Positions 27,279 to 39,600 of a stretch of DNA of 64,000 nucleotides are shown here, one piece after another. The notes under the pieces were generated by a model, which ran no database searches, had not been told where the DNA came from, and saw nothing but the letters and a program-made list of their open reading frames with translations. Within the stretch, counting starts at the first letter, position 1; every line of letters begins with the position of its first letter. Origin of the DNA: Phoronis australis (lineage: Eukaryota > Animalia > Phoronida); contig NMRA01000503.1 of the NCBI GenBank assembly GCA_002633005.1, positions 186,001-250,000 of the forward strand, given 5' to 3'. The translations under genes and the position numbers were made by a program.

Positions 27279-30218
27279 TCACTTCTTCCCCTTTTTCCCC
27301 TTCTTCCCTTTGCCCTTCTTCTTCGACTTTAGGGCTTTCCGCACTTTGTATGACCTCCAGAACGCCTGAACGGTTGTGGCTGCCTTGATCATGAGCTGCA
27401 TCTCGCGTTCAGCGGCTTCGCGTTTCTCTCGTGCGATACGTTTCTCTTCCATGATACTGGTGTACTCCTCTTCTAGAGTCTTGAATCGTTCTTCCAGCTC
27501 GTGCAACTGTTTCTTTTCCTTTGTATAAACGGCGTCTATCTCTTCAAACTCGTCCTGCCTGTCGCCCATGTCTTGATCGTACTTTTGGATCCAGTTCTCT
27601 ACTTCCATTTCTATTTTGTACTTTTTCTGAAGCAAAGTTAGAGAAGATGTACAACAAGAAGCTTGCTGTAAAATTCTGAAGATTTGCAGAGTTAAGAATG
27701 AATTACATTGTCCAGGATCGAAGACTTTATCAAATGGCCAGTATAAGACATCCAAAATTAACAATAAATGACCATCCATGTTGATGTTAAACGCTATGGG
27801 GACACGTGAAACATGTTGGCGGCTAGTTTTAATGATCATGATCTGTCTGATACTTGAGAATTATGAACACTAAAATTTCCATGTCTCAATCGCCAGAATG
27901 AAGATAATTCAATTTCGGAATAAATTTCAGGATCCCACATTTTTACCATGTATAATGCGATATATATACATCTCGAGTTGAACCAGTCATGTAAAAATTG
28001 ATAAACAATAAGCCAAATTATCAGATAAGGCTAATTTTTTGTGTCAGGTCTGTGGCCTCATCAGTCTTGGCCGACTCGTAATCACTAGTGCTTGTGTCAG
28101 AAACTCCTGAAAGTGTTTGTCTATATACTTGTTCAGGCACACTACAGAACTGCTTCTAGGTGAAAAAGTCGCAGCTGTTTTAAACCATAATGCAAAATTG
28201 GTCTCAACTTGTTCCTTAACAAGATTAGAAATAATTTTGGGGCCAATTTTATAGCAGTATATGGCCTGAATCAGAAGTTGATTTATTGTTGTTGAACTGG
28301 TGTTTTGTTTTAAATTGTACTAAAGGTTGATAATGGGTCGTCTAATATTGGAATATTATGAGGTAGACATACATGTTCCTTGCCACCTGTTGGCTGGAAA
28401 TGTAGTTGTACTTTCTCAGGTTTCATTCTGCTAGGCTAACTAGTGTCCCACAATCCATTGCAGTGTCCCACAAATCTCATACTAATAATTGACAGTTACC
28501 TTTCTTAATATCTGTTCCTCTTCCCTGTGTTCTGTTATTAAGTTCTGTAACTGTGCTGTCAACTGGTTGATTTCTTGCGTCAACTTCTGACACTTGCCCT
28601 CGCTGTTTTTCGTATCTGCTGCTTCTTGCTTCTCTGATTCAGCTTTGGTCCGGCGAATTGTTTCATCAGAGTATTTCTCAATGCCATGTAGGTTATTCTG
28701 TAGACCTCTTATGACGTCATTTTTCTTTTTTATCTGTACATTTAAATAGAAATTATCATGACTGAATAGTGCAATGTAAGAGGAAGCCGACCTTAAACTT
28801 TAAGAGTAATAATTAAAGTAAAAGTATGCAAATTTCAAAATTATTATCAGCTTGGACGAGATGTATGGTGACTATCACTTTCACGTTTCCCCCAAAATAG
28901 CGTAGTCACAAACTCAAAAATGAAAAGCAGGTTGTCTGAAAAATTGTGTCTCAACTACAGGGTCTAATAACACATGGCTTAAACACAAGTGTTCTTACAT
29001 GTATAATCTTACGCCATATTTGAAAAGCAATGAGACATGTTTAAAATTAATAAGGTATGTTCGTAAAGCCATTATATCATGTTTTACAAGACAAACAATA
29101 CTGACGGTATTACAAAGTGTTATTTATTTCTAACATTTTGTAATGAAAATGATTGTGACGTGTCCAGCAAGTGAAAATAATGTATAACAAACGGACGTTT
29201 TTGAAAATTATAGGAAAGGAAACGAGGACAATGACAAAACATGGCGTGAAATTAGCGCCATGTTTGAATTTTTGCTCAAGAAGCACCCTGACCACTGTTC
29301 AGTTGACATTTTGTATTGCTTTCAGACAATTTTGTTGAGGTAGAATAGACACTAGTCTAAGTGAATCCCTGCCTATGTAGGTATGCTTACCTCAGCCTCT
29401 TTGCCTTCTAGAGCTTTGCCCAGTTCTGCCTCCAATTTGTCTATCTCAACAGCATTACTCCGCTCATCCTGTGTCACCTGTACAAGATACTGGACCTTCT
29501 CCTGTTGCTCTTTTGGTGTTGTCAAGAGTTTTTCCATAATAATATCCTTCAATTCATTCATGTGCATAATCAGAGCATTGGACTCGCGGGTTCTGTTAGT
29601 ATTCTCTTCTCGGATGGAGTTCATGGCTGCAGGGTTCAATGATAGTGCCCGCAGGACATTCTTAGTGGAATGACTGAGCTGATTTTCAACAAATCCCAGA
29701 TTGCGAACAGCATTCTCCAGTTGGTCGTCCACTGAGGTAGTGGAATTAATGCTGGTAGCACTGCCTGGGCGACTAGTGTCCTTGCCTTTAGCACTTGTCG
29801 CTCTACTACTTGAAGCTGAAGGAGGTTTACTGTCGGCCTCTTCACGTTTGTTACGACGATCCAGTAAACTACGAATGGATTTTTCTAAATCCGCATGACT
29901 CTCCATGGCAGCTTTGTGGTGTTGTAACATCTGTATTAATTCCGTGCCCAGGACATGATTAAATCTGTCCAAGTTTTTGACAAGCCATGGAAAGATGGTA
30001 ACGATTTCAGTGCGCTTCTTCGTTTCTTCTAGAACAGCCATGACTCGTTGCGCTTCAATAGTTGAAATCTTCTTTCGCATTGGCTCCAAAGCTTTAAGAG
30101 GGTCAAGTCGAAGCCTGGTCTTTGCTTTTGATGTAGACGCTGACGACTTCTGACCTCCACTTTTTAGCTGCATGTGCAGCGTGTCCATCGGTAAAACTTC
30201 GGTCATTGTGCTAGCCAT
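27279..30218 (-). CDS. IQCD: Dynein regulatory complex protein 10 / IQ motif-containing D (~469 aa, 3 coding exons)
   Basis: Exons 30218-29391, 28733-28500, 27626-27279; 1410 nt. Long coiled coil, KKYKIEMEVENWIQKYDQDM, IQ motif VQAFWRSYKVRK, Lys/Gly-rich tail. Confidence 0.93.
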
Positions 30219-30254
30219 TTTACAGCAGGTGGTCGGTAACTTAAAATCTCAGAT

Positions 30255-30635
30255 CCTGCACCAGAGAATAACCCTCGAGTTGTTATGGCAAACTCCAGAA
30301 TTACAAACACTGTCTTAGTGAATAACCGTGAACACTTCGATGTCGTTTTCTCAGACTTAGCTCATCCGAAGATCAATAGAGGAGCCTGCTTACTTGCTGT
30401 TTATTTACATCTACCTTCACTAGCAACGGCAAGTAGTTCTCAGCAGAATGAAATTTTACTGAAATTCATCGTATTGGTAATAAGAAATCACAACGTTTTT
30501 AACTCTTTTGGTGTTTTTGAAAACTATAGAAAACGTGGTATTTCTAGAATATTTATTGAATATCCATATTCATTTTTACTGCGGAAGAATACTTTGAAAC
30601 GAATATTCAAGATGGAACGTCACTGAATGACGTCA
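30255..30635. promoter_or_regulatory. Probable bidirectional promoter IQCD/TPC with X-box-like and CRE-like sites
   Basis: About 420 bp between divergent ATGs. Imperfect RFX X-box GTTGTTATGGCAAAC at 30279-30293, half-site TAGCAAC at 30421-30427, CRE palindrome TGACGTCA at 30628-30635. Confidence 0.5.
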
Positions 30636-33600
30636 TGGCAGAGTGTCTGCGACCTCTTACGACATTGAACAAAACTACGGTGATAAACATGGAGAATGGC
30701 ATCGACAGGTTGTTGGAAGGACGGAGTCGGCATGAAAGCACAGGTTTGTACATAATGTATTGAAGCTTGACGAAATGTGTTGTCGCCGATGTATACAGGG
30801 TTAGCTTTTTATGCTTAAGTATGTCCTTGCGCATACCATTTTCGCTAAATTTACCTTACTCTGTGTTGTGTCTGGCATTGACGCATGGGCACAATTTTGA
30901 CACTAGGGGTCTAGGCTTTATTGCGGTCTGCAGTCACCACTAATCATGCCATAGTGTCTGACCTGGTATAAGAGAGCGTGTGACACAGCAGATCGGTGCG
31001 TTTGCTTATTAGTTGGATGAGTTAAAATCCCGTGGAAAAAATTACGAGAGCACTGCCACTGCAGGAATTTTCCAGTCACAATGAGTCACATATGATCAAA
31101 AAGTAACAGGCCATGGCATGGTGGTGAATACTAGTAGGCAACACGTAGCCCCTCGGTTGGATGCCTAAGGCATTCAGGGCGATGTAATTGCCTAGGTGGT
31201 GAACTATAATGCCAGGTGTTGGGAGTTCAATTAAAGTGACATTATTGTCGAGAAAAGTGGTTTTTTGAGATCATCCTCAATATGGAATCGACCTCAGTAG
31301 TCACACAGGCGTCCTGTAGTGATTCATAAAGGTGTCTTACCTTATGATATGGTGCTCCTATTCAGTGGTCGTGTGTTCAATTGTTTTCAGTAGTAGTTCA
31401 AGCTCCCCTCCAGTGGTGCGCCAGCCTTTTGTACCGGCCGCAGAAGGCCGCTGAATATTCATGTAGCGCCCTTATTGGCCATCACCGGCACATGGGCCGG
31501 GACGGCCAATATCGGCAGTCTCCAAGACGAACAGCAGTCGTCTCTTGCTGCCGACAGAGGGCACGCGCGGCAGAAGGCCAGCGCAGCAGTGAGACAGGTC
31601 AAGTGACGTCTCACTACAGTCCTCAGCTTCTGATCGTCCCCAATACACTATATATAATACTACAAGGTGTGACATTCGGGACAAGGAATTCCACGGGTGC
31701 TTCACTTCAGCCGTCCATATCAAACACAAAACTCAATAAATTTACACAGGCATTAAGTAGTTTTTATTCTGGCGACTAAGTGTGGAGTTATCGATGTCGT
31801 GACACTCCGTGACAAATAGGCAATCCCTTGACCTCTTCGTGTCGAACCGTCAAAGGAAGACTGATGCGTGGGCTTTTTGGGAACATTTTTGTGCTTTGGC
31901 TGTGAATTTGTTGCGATCTCACTGGAGTTGGACACCGTGAATGGTATTAGAAGAAAGAACAATTGCTAATGGTTTGTGGAAACCCTGTTTTGTGTAAATT
32001 TATTGAGTTATGTTTTTGATAGGGACGGCTGAAGTGTGGAATTCCTTGTCCCGAGTGTCATATACCTTGTAGTATATATAGTATATTGGAGACGTTCAGA
32101 AGCTGAGGACGCCTGTGAGTAGTCACAGGCTTAAATATTTTTATGACTGAGTGTAATCCCAATTGCAAGGTAGCTTATTTGGCTCCAAGAAAGTCACCAC
32201 TGAGTCTTGATTTTCGCGAATGGCTTGCGTACAATGACGAGAATTGGAGACAAAAATGTAATTTGCTGTTTTGCAACTCCGATTACAGCTAATAACTTGA
32301 AGAAGTCTCCAACATCCAACTGTTATCACAAAAATTTGTTCTCGAGCAGTAAATCTGTATGATTATGCCCCTTTGTCTGACAATTTCGCCACAATGGTGC
32401 AAACTCATTCCCTGGGTGGTACTTACTTGGAGATGTGAGTAATAAATATTTGATATTGTTCCTATAGCTAGGAGACATGTAGGGGCATTTGTCACCTAGT
32501 CTGCTCACATTACAAGTATTTCCTCGAGTGTCAACTCCAGAAAACAGTGGTTTCCAAATCTCAGATTGTTTGTTTATTGAATAACCCTTCAGTGAAAGTT
32601 TGTTCAAGAAAAAAAGTAAGTACATGCAGTCCAGGGTTGTTCAATATAACAGTGTTATTTATTATGGGACCAAACCTTTACGAAATTGTGACTTTTTGTT
32701 GAATCTTCCTTAAGCAGATCTGGTGGTACTCAGCTATGACAGGGTGCATTTGGAAAAGTAGGATACCCACCAATTTAGAGAGTTGATTCAAGAAACACAA
32801 CCTATTCTTGTAGAGAGCTTCCTTGAAAAGTCACCGTTTTGTAGGGAGTTTTTGTTCTAGAAATGCAACCGAGTTGCATAAACCTGGGCATTAATCCATG
32901 AATCTAATTCCTCCGAATTCTTGGACAGCTAAATTTTTAACACATTAAGCCCAAAACATTACATGTTGCTAAAATGCTTTTCATACCTATTGTCTTGAAA
33001 ATATCAGTAATATTAAAAACCTGTTGATTTATGTAGTTTTGGTATCCAATATTACGCATTTTAAGTGAATTAGATCGAAAAAGGCACCATTTTGTATGGA
33101 ATATTACCAGAAAAGGCACCATTTCGTAAGGAAGCTATAGTGGTGACAAAATCACTCTTCTCAGCTAGATGACCCATATACTTCTTCTATTGAAGAACCT
33201 CCCCATGACAATGAGACCTTAATATTGTAGAACAAATCAGTTTCTTTTCTTTAGTCAACAATCAGAGTGTGGTCTTATTGCCAAGGATCTCTTTCAGTTT
33301 TGTAAATGATGTAAATGTTTACCACATGCTTACTATTAGGACAAGTGACATTTTCACGAAGTTAGGAGCCATTTTCTCTTTTCCAGCATCTGAGATAGAA
33401 GAGGTGAATGAAACGGGCAATATAGCCTCGACTGTTGGTCATGTCTTTCGACGTCGTCGCAGAGATGATTTGTATGATGATGTCAATACAGATCTGAGTA
33501 GTTTGCAGCATGAAGGGGAGAATACGAAGTGGGAAATGAACTATTTGGAAGCAGCCATATTTCTCGAGGAAGGTGAAAACAATGACAAGTTTACTACCCA

Positions 33601-36600
33601 TCCTCGTAACAGACAATCATTACCCGCCTATTTGATTGCTCATAACCAGTGGTTCCATCTGGTGGATTTATGTGCTGCTGTTTTAGTCACTGGTCTAGCT
33701 ATGTGCGAACAACCAGCAGTGCCCTTTATGGGACTAGATGTGTGGGTTAGTATTTGACATTCACAGATAGTTTTCCATTTTTTGGTAAGATTCATAATCA
33801 GATCCATTCTCCTTCCTTAGATTAGGAGGTAGAGTGACATAAACCAGACTGGGTACTCTTATTTGCTTGACACTACAAAAACCAAAACGGTATGAGATCT
33901 GTTAAAAGTAAATGATGATTCATCACTTTGCTTTTAATTATGACAAGCGTATACAGACTTTTTCACAAATACCCACTGACCCCTAGATAAGACATCAATG
34001 ACAGACATTCTTATCTTTATGTACATCACAGCTTGTATAACTGGATGTAAACATGACTTTTTTCATAGACAGAACTGATGAAAATGCTTTGCCTATTTTG
34101 TCATTGTTTAAATACAGCTTGAAGACTTAGTTGGCTTCCATTGATACATTTTAGGTCCATGGTTCTATTGAAATATTCGCCCTGCTCATTCTCTGCCTAG
34201 AATTAATCTTACGCCTGAGATGGCAAGGCATCAGGAATTTCCTTAAGCACAGGAGGACCATGGCGAAGGTTGGTTTTTAATTATTAGTTCTGCAACTCAT
34301 TGATCTAGGTTATACTTTATTAGAGTGGCATTTTGGAAATTGCTTTGCACCTTGTCTTCTTGAGTAGTCAAGTGTATTTTGTATAATTGTTTTCATGTAA
34401 ATAATTATAAAAATTTACTATTTGTCATTTGTTAATTGATTTAGACCCATTTGTTTTTACAATAAAGATTCTACAAATTTTACTAAAATTATGTGCTAAT
34501 GATAGCTGTTGAGTATAAACCATACTGTGAAGCTGTATTTTCTTAAATTTTTGTGAAAACATCATACTAAGTAAAAATTCCTTTTCCCAAGCTGTGTTTT
34601 GCCCCTAATTTTGGGGGATTTCTTTAAGGCTACTGGAGTCATTTTTCCAGTGACATCACAGATTACTTGTGGATGTGTAAACTCATTTATAATTTGCATC
34701 TTAGTTGGTGAGATTTAACTTCCTATGCCGTATGCCTCGAGAATCATTTGTCATTTTGTGATTTACGTCAATGCATTCTGAGGCTTACTTTCAGTCTTTT
34801 ATTTTGGCATGATGGTTGAGGGTCGTGCTCGCATCAAAAAAACATGTTGCAATGGACTTGAGTGTTTCAATTCTGGTGTGTTCTAGTTCTAACTGTTTAC
34901 ACGTCACTAAGTTATCTGTGATGTCACCAGATGTTTACAAGACACACTGTAAATAAAATTCCCCCGAATTAAAGAATACTCTCTATTCAACTGGAACAGT
35001 TTGACTCGGATTTGTTTGTACCTTTGTCTTACCAGTCATGACTGTTTAAATATCCAGCGATTTGTTATAGTATTAAGAAGTTAAAAAATTTTGTGATGAT
35101 CAGATTGGAGCAATCGGTTTGCGTAATTAAAATGAGTTATGCTCACTATGTAACCTTATACTAGATAATCTTGTGTATTCAATGTAAAACAGATTTGTGT
35201 GCATCTAAGTTAAGTTGGGAGATAGAACGCTAGCAACTGAGAACCGTCAAGTTCAACGTTTTAGCTTGTTTAATGCATTCGCGTGTAGTCGCATTGCGGG
35301 GAAACTATGATGCCTTGGCACGTTTGCATCCTATGTAAATGTTGTCGTCTGCTATTTGTGTACGTCTGCTGTATATGTTGTCACAATTCCACTATTTCAG
35401 GTTGTTATCCTTGTGGTCATGTTCACGGAGGCGGTTGTAGTTCTCATCCGACAACAGAATCATTTCCGAGTAACGCGGGCTTTACGCCCGCTGTTCATTG
35501 TCCACTCGTACAACTGCAAAGGAGTGAGAAGGTCAGTTTTTCAGTGTCTGCTTGACAGCGTTAAACTTTGCAGCTTTCCTGTGAAGTGTGATTTTATTGC
35601 TTTTCACAGATTAATTGTTTGCCAAAACAATTTTATGTTCGGAATATGTCCCGAAAATAATAGGTGCATCGCAAGCTCCGTTTCCAGAGATACAAAAGAG
35701 ACCGTGTATAGGCGATATAAGGTCATTTATTATGACTGATAAGGTACAGAAATATGAGTGTACAAATGACATAAAGATAAAATAATAATCTCTGGAAAGA
35801 TGGGCAATAAAAAGCGCCAGCACTCAGGTAAGAGGAACTACCCAAAAGAGAGGATGGTAGAGGGTGGGAAAAAATGAGGAGAAATTAGACTCGAACCTAA
35901 GTGCTGCTAAAGCGAAGTACTGATGGCAGGAAATATAATTTTACTGAGAACAAAGGAGCCCTATGACACATGACAATCATCAGCCTATGGGAGCCAGGAG
36001 CTGACCAAACTCGTGGCATTAACACAAACGAACCAATAGTGAAGCTGGAAATGGAATGTCCTAGTGCCTCGAGAGGAGGACTGCATGCGAATCTATACAA
36101 GGGGGTTAATGGACCAGTCCGAAAGATGGGGGTATAAGTGGGACGAGTTCATATTCTCACATAAATATATTTAAGGAGTGAAATATCATTTATGTGAATG
36201 TTTAGATATGTCAGAATGTTATTGTATAGTGAGCATCAAAGACACTTTTATCAGAAACAACAAAGTAAAAACAGTCTTTTTCATGTAGGCACAGAATTAT
36301 TTGTATTGTAGCAGTACGCTGTCTGCATTACCATGACGACTTGTATTTCACGAGGGGGCCATATATGATTGATTGCGAGTTATCATGAGATCTCCGACAC
36401 ACACACTGTGCAATATTGTCCCAACATTTTACAATGAAAAGGGAGGCTCCCTTGTGCCCCAGTCTATACCTTGTGCCCCAGTCTATGCCTGTGGTATTGA
36501 TTGTTTTCTTGCTAAAGAGAATTTCCCAATAACAGGAATTTGCAACATTTATGTTTTTCATAGAAGACAAAATTTTTTTGAATGCTCCTTACATTTTCTG

Positions 36601-39600
36601 TAAATTCAGTCTCTCTTGGTTGAAAAATTTTTGATACTGAGGTATGTTACTCTAGTTTGGGCCATTCTGTAGCTTCTGTTCCTGGTGAAATATAGGTACA
36701 TGTGATTTGACTTTATACTTTGTTCCACCAGTCACTGAGATAAAGTAAATAGTTTTGACTGAGGCATTATCTCAAGTGGTGATGAACCCTGGCTAATAGA
36801 TTTCACCTTCTAAAAGCTTTTCTACATATAGTATTCAGTTTACAAGATATTTATGAGGTCTTGTATCAGGTCATTTTTGAGTAATGTAAACAATGTAAAC
36901 ACTTGATAAGGGTTTATGACAATCATTTATTTAATTAAGATAATGGTTTAGTTGGAACTGATCATGAAGTTATAGCCAGCTTTGTAATAGTGATGCTGTA
37001 GATAAAAAAATGTTGACTAGGTTATATAAACTCAATGTTACTATGCAGCAATTTTGTTTTAAACCCGAATAAATTGTTTTTTTGAAAATTGATGTAGTGG
37101 TGCTATATTTTTTAGTTTTTCAAATTTTTAGAAAGAAAAGTCACCTGTGCCAGGTGAAATGAGACAGGATCCTTCTTTTTTGAAATGTAAAGCACAGGTT
37201 TCAAAATATGACTGGTCTAGACCAGAACCAGTTTTATGCTATTTTTAATCTAATGTATCGGGGATCATTTTAGAAAAATATTGCTATAGGTCAGTTGATA
37301 CACAAGGCCTCAAACATGGCACAAAAACGATTAGACTGCCATGTGTATTTGACTGAGCACCTGTACAACTGGTTATTATTTCCACATCGTCTGTAGTTCT
37401 TTGTCTACTGTGTGACGTGCACTTAGCCAAGTTACCGGAGAATAAGTTACCCTACCTTGATAAGGCAGTGTAACTTGTTACCTGTGTGTTAAAGTGCCCC
37501 AGCGCATATAGCATCCTCACTACCACTAAACCTAGAGACGACTTGTTCCTCGAGTAACGTGTTGTAGACAAGGACTCATCTAGGATTTAAAGAGTAAGGG
37601 TCCAAATTCGCAAGATTGATACTCCCCATATGCGGGGATTCTGTATAAGGTCACCCTGACGTCACAGGACATGGCTGCCAGCATTTGCTGATCATCAGTG
37701 TGACAGTTATAGTAAAAGCAGAAGGTAATTGTCTGTGATCACAATTGTCTGAATATTTATCAAACAAAAACAATGCGTTATAGGTTTCAATAAAATTCAT
37801 TCATCAGAAATGGTAAAATTCTTTTTATAGCCATTGTTTTTGCCACTTGTCTTGAAAAAGGTCGTCTTTTTTCTCTCTTGGCCATGGTATCCAAGATGTA
37901 ATTTTTTAAAACTGTCCGTTCCAATGATAGCCATAATGGCTGCTAGATGTGTCCGCGGTTCTAGGAGAACTTGTAGCCACGCATGCCCTCTTGATACATT
38001 TCTGTCGGCACCATTGCAGATTCTTCCGTCAAATCCTACAGTCTCTACCTCCCATTCTGGACATGCTAGTTTTACTTCTCTTCTTCATGCTTGTCTTCTC
38101 CTTATTAGGTAAGTACTTGTGTTTGATGATGGCTTGAGCGTGGACTCGTGTCCCAGCCAGTGGTATCAAATGCTTATTATTGATTCAATGAGTTTGTAGA
38201 GAAGACCAAATACAGTTTGTAAATGTGGTATCTGCTGTGGATTTGTCGTTACGATACAGTGGAACAAGTTTTAGCTGCTTCGTTCTCTGCGTAGATCATG
38301 GTAGAAACTCCTCAGGTTAGTCCACAACATGGCTGACGTAGAATTATATCATTTTGTCAATTTTTCTTACAAACTAAGCTTCAATTATAACACTTTACTT
38401 CGTTCTTAACATGGTGCTTAATGCAACCTTGTCACCAAACGTAAGCCTTTGAAAAAATCCAACACTTGCAATTTTGGTACAATTGTTTACCATAGTCTCA
38501 AACATAACGTTTTTGATTAATAGCAGCTATGCATGAGGAAAACACTTCGTAAGATAACTCCAATTTGATGAGGTTGTTTGATAATGAAATGATTATTAAA
38601 TTAGTTGTCTGTTTACTTATGATTAGGTTAGGTTATGGACAAATTTTGTTATTGCTTTTCCAGGTTACTACCTCTTTTCACCAAATCCCCGTGACGAGGT
38701 ATGTTCACAGTTATTGTCATTACATGTGCACGCCGCTCCTACTCGTTAGCTGCACTTGGTTGACTTTGCCAGTTCTATGTGGTCATCTGCCTAAGACATC
38801 TAATTGGTTCAAGACGATGACTTCTGGCTTATCAATCAATCGTATATTTTAGCCAGTTGAACCGGCAGAATCGGTGAAGTCAAGTTTTGCTCTCTACAAA
38901 CTGTTTCCAACTACTTTTAATGTACACTATCTGGCAGCTACTATGTGAAATTATAATAAAAAACATTTGACTCACAAATCGATCTTCGTGTGATTATATG
39001 AATATCACACTAACAAAATTTGATTAATTGAAATTTTTTTTTGAAGTGAAGTAGGTAGCGTATCATTTGGAAGATAGCAGATTGCAAGATAAGGAGATTG
39101 TGGCTTTCTCTTTTCCCTACAACCTTTTTATTTTGTGCTTTAAATCATCATTTTTTCTTTTTCAGTATTTTCAAACCATCCAGGGCAGCTTTGTAAGCTT
39201 GTTCGTGCTGTTAACTACAGCCAAGTAAGCAATTTGTTCTTATTTCTCTTTTGTGAATTTTTTGTCATAGCACAGTAGAATTAAATGTCACAAAGCAGAG
39301 CTGTGCTGCCTCCTGTCATAGTTTTTGGCCTCAACAATTCAGCTTAATGGAAGTAATGACTGGATCACGCTTCAGTCCCAAACTGTGCTAATTAAGTCAA
39401 GCAAAGACGTGTACTTCAAACTGGAATTAGTCCAAGTTAGTACTTGTAACTCTTCCCATTGAAACAGTCACAGAGTTTTGTCTGTAACTATGTATGCTAA
39501 CTTTATCAAAGAGCAAAAACAAAGATCAACCCCAACAATGGTTTACTAAAGATGGAACTGCACATAGTTTATAGTGTCACTTGTGGAGTCTTTATCAAAA

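Noticed and set aside
27279-27330. Unusual KKGKGKKGKKGKK tail of IQCD
   Set aside because: A Lys/Gly-rich tail is normal for IQCD/DRC10.
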